Shown here: piece by piece, positions 54,972 to 64,000 of the stretch
Layout of the letters: every line of letters begins with the position of its first letter
How positions within the stretch are numbered: position 1 is the stretch's first letter
NCBI GenBank assembly: GCA_000320545.1
Contig: ADNK01002940.1
Coordinates: 12,163 to 76,162, forward strand
Source: Bigelowiella natans CCMP2755
Taxonomy: Eukaryota > Protista > Cercozoa
DNA length: 64,000 nucleotides
Direction of reading: 5' to 3'
Translations under genes and position numbers: made by a program
Notes under the pieces: generated by a model
What the model was told of the DNA's origin: nothing
Database searches by the model: none
Seen by the model: only the letters and a program-made list of their open reading frames with translations

Positions 54972-55003
<32 letters not shown>

Positions 55004-56043
55004 AGTGTCAAACACAGTGTGTACTTCTAAATTATCATCTTATACACTACTTTTTGTTGCAACGACAGTTATTATTATTATTATTATTATTATTATATGA
55101 TAGTTACGACTACTTACTTACTACCAACCGATTTGTTGCTGCCACAACTATGACTGGCCGCAATGTTGTAGTTGTCGCCGTTTTCATCGATATTTTATGT
55201 TCTGTGATGATGATATTGCCCTCGTCGTCATGGCCATCGATTTTATTCTGAGTTTTGTGCTGGCTGCTCGATTTGCCATCATCATCATCATCATCATCAT
55301 CACCATCCTCCTTCTTAATAAATGCAGCTGGTGTGGAGAGGGAATCCATGCAAGTTAACAGCTGAGCAACGATTCTCCTGGACTGTATGATACAACATAC
55401 TTCATCATATATTCGAACAACATAAAACATGGATGATGGAAATAATAACATCATAAATTCTAACACACAAGATGAATGTTGGCGACGATATATAGCCACA
55501 AGTGTAATGAAACAACGGTATTATATTATTGCGTATGATGATGACAAGCTGTTACTACTAATAAAGTACTAGAAGGTACCATCTCTCTTTGGGCAGTCTC
55601 TCTCTTAGGGGCAATAGCATCTATTTCATCCAAAAAGATCAAACATGGAGCAATCCGTTGAGCTTCTTTGAAAAAAACCCTAAGCTTTTTCTCAGAATCA
55701 CCGCTAATTCCGGATACTATCTCTGTTGCAGCGATTTTGAGAAATGGGACTCCTAATTCACCCGCTATTGCATTTGCAAGTAGTGTCTTTCCACATCTGC
55801 ATTGTTATTATTCCAAGTTTGTATGTAGTAGTACACTGTGAGATGTAGTAGCAGCAGTAGTAGTAGTAGTAGTGATAGTAGTTGTGGTAGCAGTAGTGAT
55901 TGATGGTGCGTGCTGATTGCGAGTAGTAAGAAGTAAGTAAGTAAAATGCAAAGAAGCATTGTGAAAACAAGCAGCTCAAAAAGAATGGAGGGTTCACGAT
56001 AGTAGTAGTAACTAATTGTATTTAGGTAGGTAATTATTATCAC

Positions 56044-56074
<31 letters not shown>

Positions 56075-58104
56075 TATCTTTTGATTACTTATTCCTTACT
56101 TAAGTTACCCAGGAGGTCCGTGTAAAAGTACACCTCTCGGTGGTTGAACCCCAAGATGTTGATATATCTCTGGGTGTATTAATGGGTATTCCACCAGCTC
56201 TCTAAGATCTTGTAGTATTGCTTCAATTCCACCAACATCTCCATAGCGGACAGTAGGTCGAGTTATCTCAGGAACCCAGGATGATGAAGATCCACTCTCC
56301 TCGTTGTCACCTCTTGCCGCTGCTGCTGCTGCAAAGGCCCCAACCTTTGGGTTGTTTCTTTTCTTTTTCTTCTTTCTAGTAGTGTAGTTGTAGGTACTAC
56401 TAACTGCAGGTGGTGGTGGTGGTGGTGGTGGTGGTGGTGGCACTTTCTTCTCGTTTGATATATTTTTCTTCGCACTCTGCTGCTGTTGCTGATGATGATG
56501 ATGATGGGTATTCCCAATAATTTGTAGACGACCGTCTTTTACTTCTCCTTTCTTTCCTATCCATCCTGCTGCTACAGAGGAAGAAGAAGAAAAAGAAGAA
56601 TTTGTAGCTGCAGCAACAGATTGTTCCAAAGATGATGACGATGATGATGATGATGATGACCGCAGTTGCGTATTCAGAGATGCATCCTTTCCCTCCTTCT
56701 TACTATCAGTCAATGCTGCAGCAGCGTACATACGTCGTAACTTGGCATTAGCATGGCCTCCCCCTCCTCTCCCCCCCCCTACTCTGAGGACACCGCCACG
56801 ATTAACTAGTCCTGATATGCCGCTACTGGAAGAAGAAGAAGAGGAAGAAGACAAAGCAGAAGCAGCTGCTAATAGGTCACTACTACTACTACTATGCTGC
56901 TTACTGGAGAAGCTGCTTGTTTTTCGTCTTGTGTTCTTCTGCTGCTGTTGTCCACTCCTCACCACATCTGCTATGATGCTACTACTAGTTCCACCATCAC
57001 CAATACCTAAAATTGCTGTGCTATTCTTTCTCTTCTTGCTACCAGTGCTACTACTACTGTTGGAGGTAGGATTGATGCCTTTGCGGTCGATCCACATGAT
57101 TACGTTTGATGATGATGATGATTTATTACTACCGCCTACACCATTAGATGCTATTTCAACATCACCGCTTGATGCCGTCATCGTCGTTGGTGCTTCAGTA
57201 ATTGTTGCGTCACTACTAAATCTGCTGCTCACTAGTGCTGGTAATGATGATGATGGTGATGATGATGATGACAATGACGACGAAGATGTCGCATATGTAC
57301 ATTCCGAAGAAGGTTGTGGTACTTCCTGCTTGCTCTCCTCATGACCATCATCTTCTTTCTTCTTGTAGTTGTTCAACATGCGCTGCTTTATTTCAGGCAG
57401 CTCACAGACACGAAGAACTTGAGACCGAAAAGCAGCCATTGTTTTTCGTTTATATTCAGGGTGACGATGCCGTAAATCCTGAAAATTGATCCGCCGAGAT
57501 AGAAAGGAAGATTATTACGATAGAACGACGACAAAGACGGACAATTCCATATGTGCACCCCCACACACACACACACTCACACTTAAAATCGCACTCACTC
57601 ACTCACTCATGCAAATTTGCAATTCAATCATCGTTATATTGGTGGTGCGAACACCATAAAATTGAGAGCAACTGCTCGAAGTCTGAACTTCCTCGTACCA
57701 GTTTAAGGAATAGGAGGTAAGAAGGAAGAAGATGCACTGGGATGTTAGTGTGTATGTTCAATTAATTATTTTACTACTTCGATCATGGCATCGATGTCAA
57801 GCACGAGAGTACGTCGTTCACGTGTACTCCCTGCTCCTTGGTCAATAGACAATTCCTTTCCTTCTTCTGCGCTGATGTAGCGATGGATTCGTGGCGCAAG
57901 GGCTCGATCGATAAGCTTATAGCTGAGAGAACTTTGGAGCGAAAATAACCATAGATGAACCAAATAGATCAGATCAGTGTACAGGTAGATGATGATCAAT
58001 GTGTCAAGGGGTGCATCCCCCAGTGTTGTGGGAGGGTTTTTCTTTCTTTTTTGTCAGCTGTAAATAATATTCAATCACCTTCTTGATCGTTTCGATTTAG
58101 CCAT
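49425..58104 (-). CDS. NVL: NVL2/Rix7 type II AAA+ ATPase (60S biogenesis)
   Basis: D1: [46 protein letters not shown]|[39 protein letters not shown]...[21 protein letters not shown]2: VQPSSRRE|[39 protein letters not shown]|[34 protein letters not shown]|[23 protein letters not shown] 58104, TAG 49425-49427. Confidence 0.95.
52232..52287. repeat. (TA)n microsatellite, representative of very many intronic/exonic SSRs: (TA)n, (CA)n, (GA)n, (TAC)n, (CAT)n, (GAA)n, (CCT)n
   Basis: Directly visible; other examples (CA)n 907-940, (TG)n 5587-5624, (GA)n 6169-6205, (GAA)n 63505-63546. Confidence 0.95.
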
Positions 58105-58322
58105 CTCGCTATCTATCTCCACCAACTGCAGTGTTTGTTGACAATGGGAGGGAGAAAAAAAGGGAACAGCAGCAGCTGTGTCAAGGCCGCTTGGAAGCTG
58201 TCTCCTCGTGGCTTTTGGTTGATCTGATGACTTTTTGGATCATTTTCCATGCGGAAAACTTCCTAATGAATAATTTAATAGTTCATTCATTAATCAATAA
58301 ATTTTTTGTGGGTTTTGATGTA

Positions 58323-59265
58323 CGGAAAAGGCCTCAATCTCAATGAAATCCTAGGAAATCCCTTCAATCTCGGCACGTTCTTGTTTGTTTGTTTGTTTGT
58401 TTCTGGACCCACTGCGTGTGTCACTTCAAACCCCGAACCCACACTTTTGCACGATGGATTTTTTTCATTGAGGAGGGGTTGTGAATGAGTTGCCACCTTC
58501 TCAGCTGCACCATTGGAATGAATCACCCCATTCATTCATTTTGTTCCTTCATGTGAGGTTCGCTGAGCAATCATCTGCTCTGAGCAAGAACGACTTCCTG
58601 GAGGCCACACCCGCACGATGATCCACGTTCGGATCATCCGAGGGGGCACCCAGCTAGCTAGCTAGCCAGTGAAACTGAATGCCAGCATGCGCACATGCCA
58701 GCGCACGTGCATGGTGACTCCGGTGCACAACTAGCCAATTTGGAGTGCGGCGAAGTTCAACGTTCAGTGGTGCGTTCAGTGCTTGCCAGTGCTTGGCACC
58801 CAGTCTAGCAGTGCTCAGTGCTCCTTTCGTGGGTCTGTCGTGGGGGGGGTGCTCGAGGCTTCTAGCTAGCTAGACTTGCTAGCTTGTGAGTGCGCGCACC
58901 AACGCGAAGTTTCAATGCTCCACGTTCCAGGTGTTCTTTGTCGATGCATCGATGCATCGATGCGAGGTGCGCCAGTCGCCCCATGAGCGCAGCACTTGCC
59001 CAAGGCACCCGATCGAGCAACACCTGCTAGCCTGTCTAGCTGTTTAGCTGTGCGCAGTGACATGGCATGCTAGCATGTGCTAGTGTGTGGCAAGCTGAAG
59101 ATGAAAGGCAGGATTAAGGGGGCTCGCGTGGACACTAAGTGACTGCAATGACGTGCATCCCAGGCTAGCAGGGTGCACCTGCTTGCATGCTGCTTCTGCA
59201 CTCAGTGGTGGCACAGTGCTAGGTGTGTTGGGCGCCCACAGCGCATGCGTATGCGTGCACGGATC
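58323..59265. other. TpA-purged, CTAG-retaining intergenic island
   Basis: 58323-59044 contains 12 TpA, all in CTAG; CpG is abundant. Confidence 0.9.
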
Positions 59266-59538
59266 TTGGCACAAATGCTATGATGCGGGAACTCATGTCA
59301 ACTATGTTAGTTATTACTTGATGAGATTCAACACAGACACTTAAGCGTTCCAATCAGCTGCACATCCGCATTGATGCCGGCAATGATGAAAAAACAGCCA
59401 TGTAACACAACTGTCTGTAATCTGGGTCACAAACCAACAATATGCCTTTCTAGACGATGTGATTAATTATAGCAGTCAAATGCATTGAATTCTCTAAGTT
59501 TTCGATTCCATTTAACATCATGCATCCTGCTTTCTGAC

Positions 59539-62500
59539 TCAAGAAAAACCCTGTGACTGGAGCTTTTTATTGATACTTGTGAGACAATTCTCAGCTAGAG
59601 CACATAGACGTTTTTTCCCAGCAGCCTTTGCAGACTCAGCTATGGTTTGGACGGCTTTGAAAGCATTATACTTTTTGTTAAATTTCACAAGATTCTTATT
59701 CTTATCACACATAATGTTCATAATCTCGACTGAAGACTGTATAATTGCAACCATAGTCGGGTCGTCCTGTATCTTCTGGTCTAGCCTTCCTATTAGCCCC
59801 AATACAAATCTTGGAGAAGCGGCCAGGGCTCTGTTGAGAATCTCGGATTTACGCATCATCGAATTTAATGTTGGGAGTATCAAAGCAACGTGTTTCTCAT
59901 AAACTTTAGAGCTGGTGCAAACTTGAATAATCTTTGGTATGTTTACGCTTGTAGTAAGCTGATATCCGATTCTCGAAGGCTCTGCTTGTAGCCAAAGCTT
60001 TAAAGCGTTAAGGGCATCCGTCCTCCAACATGTATCAGACAATGTCTGGACGTAAAATTCAACCATTCTGTGTTTCCTTAACTCTACTCTGACTGCTGGC
60101 ACAGATATTGGTAGATCGCACAATATTCGTAGAGCAACCTGCTTCAGTAACATCTTCTTATCAATCACCTCTAAGAGGTACGGGATGATGCCTGCGTAAA
60201 TAGCTTTTTCTTTCCGGCTTTTTGAGATATCCATCAACATCTCCATGCAGAGAATAGCCTGATTATGGATTTCTTTTCTAGGATGGTCAAGCAATTGGAC
60301 AAATACGGGGATAATTCCGGCATCTTCCATCAATTTTCTTGGAGTCGGTGACTTGACGCCGCACACCCGATGGAACGTTTTCATAAAAATGAAAAGATTG
60401 TCAAATTCTAATTTGGGAAGAACAGGAAGTATGTATTTGACAACAGAAACTTCGGCGATTTTTTCTCTGACTAGCTTGTCTCCACCAGAGAACAAAGAAA
60501 AAATTCTGACTATCCGGTCCAGATAACCCTTGACATCATCATGCTTTGTATCTTGCGATAGAATGAAGAAAACTTTTGCAAGCCTGGGTAGTAATCCAAA
60601 CTTGCAGAAAAGACGGCAGAAATCATTCTTGGGATTGCTCTTGATTTCGAAAATATTTTTAATACAATCTATGGAGGAAAGAATGAGCTGCCGCGATGAA
60701 TCATTAGTGTAATCCTCGTAAAGAAACCTAATCAACACTGGAAGTCCTCCACAAGCTATGAACATTTTTCTGGTATACTCATTTGAGTAACATAAATGCC
60801 TCACGAAGTTGCATGCGTGAGAACGAATTCGTATTGGGTATCTTGGACTACTGTATTTGACGATTAGAGATATGATGCCTATTGTACATATACTCTGTTG
60901 AAATTTGGTTCCACGCTGGTTTTGAGCTGCTCCTTCGTCATGAAGAAGATCATTTACAAACTTTATAACAGCATATATGATATTATCGTTTTTCGAAGTG
61001 AGCATGTCCACAATTGAAATCATTCCCAAGGTCAAATCGTTCACAAGGCCTCCAATTTTCCCCCTGTTTTCTGTGACAAGAGTGCTTAATTTTCTCAATG
61101 ATGCCATAATCGTTTCTTCGTGGTTATCCAAATTTAGATTTTCGAATGCATCCTGTAGAGATCTCAACAGTGCAGAATTCTTGTCCATTTCCTTCGGCGC
61201 ATCATCCTCCTCAAAGTTAAGCTCCATGACTTGATCTCCAGTATCCATTTCTTCAAAGTCACTTCCACCTGCAGAGTTGAGGTCCAGTTCCACATCTCCA
61301 AAGTCGTCAAAGTCATCATCTTCATTTTCTTGATACTGCTCCAGATTTTTTTCTCCCACCATCATGTCGAAATTGTCATCTGCTGCTTGATCAATACCGA
61401 TACCACCTGCATCAAGTTCATCAACATCTGGAAACGACATATCAGGGAATGCAGGAGCTCCGTCATCCTCGTTGGCAGCGTTTGTGTTCGTGTCGTCCAT
61501 CCAGTTATTTTGTTGCCATGTGCGAGCCTTTTTCTCTATCCCGTTGAAGCTGTTCTTTTTCGAATCATACGTATGTTCTGAATCATCAGTAGATCTTTGA
61601 GATTTGAAAGAATTTACTTTTGCTTCGGTTGTGGGGCCTTGAGGATTGAGCTTTTGTGTTTTTCCATCAGAAACCCTCCTTCCAACCTGTTCGAAACTAT
61701 TGTCTATTTGCTTTACATCATCCTGGCCTTTGAGCCACTCATGCTTCATCAAAACCGAAGCTTGCAACCTTCGTTGTGGGTCCTTTTGGAAACAACTCAT
61801 CAGAAATGCTTTGCAGTTCTCGGAGCACTGTGGTAAAGGAGGGTGGTCGTCTTGCACGATACGGAAGCATGCGGACATCATAGGCAATTCGAAATATGGA
61901 GGCTGTCCTGTAAGCAGCTCGATAATTGTTGACCCAAGACTCCAAATGTCGCAGGCATAACTAAGCTGCCCAGTCATTTTCACAATTTCAGGAGCCATCC
62001 AATATGTTGTCCCAGCTGGAAGCTGATTGTCCGGGTCGCTACTGTTCTTAATCTTTGTTGCAACCCCAAAATCAGCTAGCTTCACATTCCCTTCCTTGTC
62101 TGCAAGAATGTTGGCTCCTTTAATGTCTCTATGGATGACACCTTGTTGATGTAAGAAGTCTAATCCTTTCAAGACTTGAGACACATATTTACATGTCAGT
62201 GGTTCTTCGAATTTACCAAAGTCCTTGAGAATGCTTGCAAGAGAACCTTGTTCGCACAGCTCCAAAACAATGTTTAAGTATCCCTCCTTTGGTTCAGGAA
62301 TTACGTCGATGTAAGTGACAATATTTGGGTGCTGAAGGTATTTCAATAACTTAATTTCCATCTCTATAGACTCCAGTTCAGATTGGGGTGTTCCCTTTAG
62401 GCTTATTCTCTTAATTGCATGAGTTTTGCCCGTATTTGAGCTGGTAACCATGTATACGCTTCCAAAACCTCCTTTCCCAATACGTTTACGAACACGATAC

Positions 62501-62756
62501 TCTCCTATTTGCTTGATCGTTTGCTCGATGAATGCACTTTTTCGCCGTTCTTTCTTCTTCCCCGATTTCTTTTTCTTCTTATCCTTCTAAGTAGGGATAA
62601 ATATCAACAAGTGATTCAATGCGGCAATTTAAAATGTGTTTTTTTGGAGAATAGTGTAAAAGATATGGGTGTGAAAATCCTTCTTATGGATTACATCCAA
62701 GTGATGGATACCTTCTTCTTGGGGACGGACGTAATTTGGATGGAATCCGATTTCAT
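59539..62756 (-). CDS. STE-group kinase with C-terminal ARM/HEAT repeats, Cdc7(S. pombe)/Cdc15/SepA/MAP3K-epsilon-like, ~1030 aa
   Basis: Exon 1 62756-62712 (MKSDSIQITSVPKKK), intron 62711-62587, exon 2 62586-59539: IGKGGFGSVY, HAIK, HRDIKGANIL, DFGVA, GTTYWMAPE, FRIVQDDHPPLP, acidic linker, MFIACGGLPVL and NPKNDFCRLF motifs typical of the septation-initiation kinase family. Confidence 0.9.
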
Positions 62757-63927
62757 TTTCTGCTTGGTATTATAGATCCACTTTCGAAGGAATAGCTCAG
62801 TAAATTTCAATGCTTTCAAGAAATACGGGAATCTCGTGCTACCTGGTAGAACAAAGTAGATTATACAAATTTTTAACATGGAAATCACTCTTCAACAAGA
62901 TGCAAATGCAACATGCTTTGAAAAAAAACTCCTCTTCCAATTTTCAATGTGTGAACCACGCACCTTGTCAGATGATTAAGACCCTAATGATGAGGGCAGA
63001 GGGCTCCTCCACAGAGTAATCCTATGAGATCTAGTAATACTACTGCTATTACTATTACTTGGACGAGTTGTTACTTTCCTACTTACTCCCCCTACTAGTT
63101 AGATCTTCTTCTTATTATGATGATGGTGATGTTTGATGATGATGGTGCAGCGAACAAATAAACAAACAAACAAACAACTGAAAAACCGGGATTATTCTGT
63201 TGAGCTCTGGAGATGTTCGGGATATCCCTGCTATGTCACCAGTCGCTCTCCTGTTGCACAGGTTTTACTCTCTGCGACATGGATTATTGGACATTTTAGC
63301 AATGAGTCGTAGGGGCTTTATACGTTGTCGTCGTCGTCGTGAGCAAGAGAAAACATATCAATATCATCACGAACAGCGTGCACCACCTAAAGAAAGATAA
63401 TCAGTAATCAACAAGAAGGAGAAGAAGAAGCTCCATCATCGTCTCTGCTTCTGTCTCAAGGACAGACAACGAAGAACAAAGAAGGGTTGGTAGATTATTG
63501 CCTAGAAGAAGAAGAAGAAGAAGAAGAAGAAGAAGAAGAAGAAGAATAGAGTATAAGTAGAACAAGAGGAAATGGCAACAAACAAGGAGGAGCGATGGTT
63601 GACACAACCATAAGGATAGAGTATCGTCAGGGACTAGGCCTATCTCTCTTCCATTATTTCCAATGTTTACTTTCGCTACGATATCTCGCAAAAAGGAATT
63701 ATGTCTGAGGCAAAGGCGAAGAAAGCGAAGTCCCAGAAGAAGAAAGACAAAAAAACAAATCCTCGTGCTGCAAGGTATATGAACGTAATTAAACGCATAT
63801 TTCACACAATTGCATGTAGTTGTGGTTGGCAAAGATGGGTAACAACTGTCCCACACTAGTATGTGGTGTATGATGTCGTCTTCCTTCAATACACATAAAT
63901 AGTAAAAAATAGTAAATATGTATATTA

Positions 63928-63975
<48 letters not shown>

Positions 63976-64000
63976 AGTAATGATAGGGTACTTATATATA

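Noticed and set aside
58617-58657. Helitron 3' end (GATGATCC/GGATCATC hairpin followed 15 nt later by CTAG)
   Set aside because: CTAG is locally abundant for other reasons; no 5' TC end, second copy or RepHel sequence in the window.
63050-64000. Start of another plus-strand gene
   Set aside because: Some exon-like K-rich stretches, but no consistent frame or recognisable family.
1-64000. CRISPR arrays, tRNA/rRNA genes, prokaryotic operons, and most short poly-amino-acid ORFs in the track
   Set aside because: No repeat-spacer arrays or RNA-gene consensus seen; the sequence is spliced eukaryotic DNA and the short ORFs are translated microsatellites.

Overview
Gene-dense, intron-rich, microsatellite-laden eukaryotic nuclear DNA using the standard code and GT-AG introns. 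It reads like a protist, reminiscent of chlorarachniophyte/Rhizaria nuclear genomes, but I cannot confirm the taxon. Most short ORFs in the track are microsatellite artefacts, so I rebuilt genes by joining exons by hand. Recognised genes: Nodulin-like MFS transporter (-), R1R2R3-MYB (+), intronless GDP-mannose 3',5'-epimerase with a 1-nt frameshift (+), Oxa1 insertase (-), class-3 lipase (+), RPL23 (+), NAA60-like GNAT (-), RPS10 (+), METTL4-like MT-A70 methyltransferase (-), NVL/Rix7 AAA ATPase (-) and a Cdc7/Cdc15/SepA-like kinase (-), plus several hypothetical genes. Two things stand out. (1) Intergenic islands beginning about 0.2-0.35 kb beyond stop codons have lost almost all TpA (apparently TA->CA/TG) except in CTAG, which accumulates, while CpG is kept. 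One island holds the relic of a spliced gene. This looks like a targeted A:T->G:C hypermutation or base-modification system running opposite to fungal RIP; a modified-base miscalling artefact must be excluded. (2) The MFS gene has two exons (core TM8-TM9) about 2.2 kb upstream of their canonical position, yet frame and membrane topology are preserved. Counts are hand counts and several gene 5' ends are approximate.
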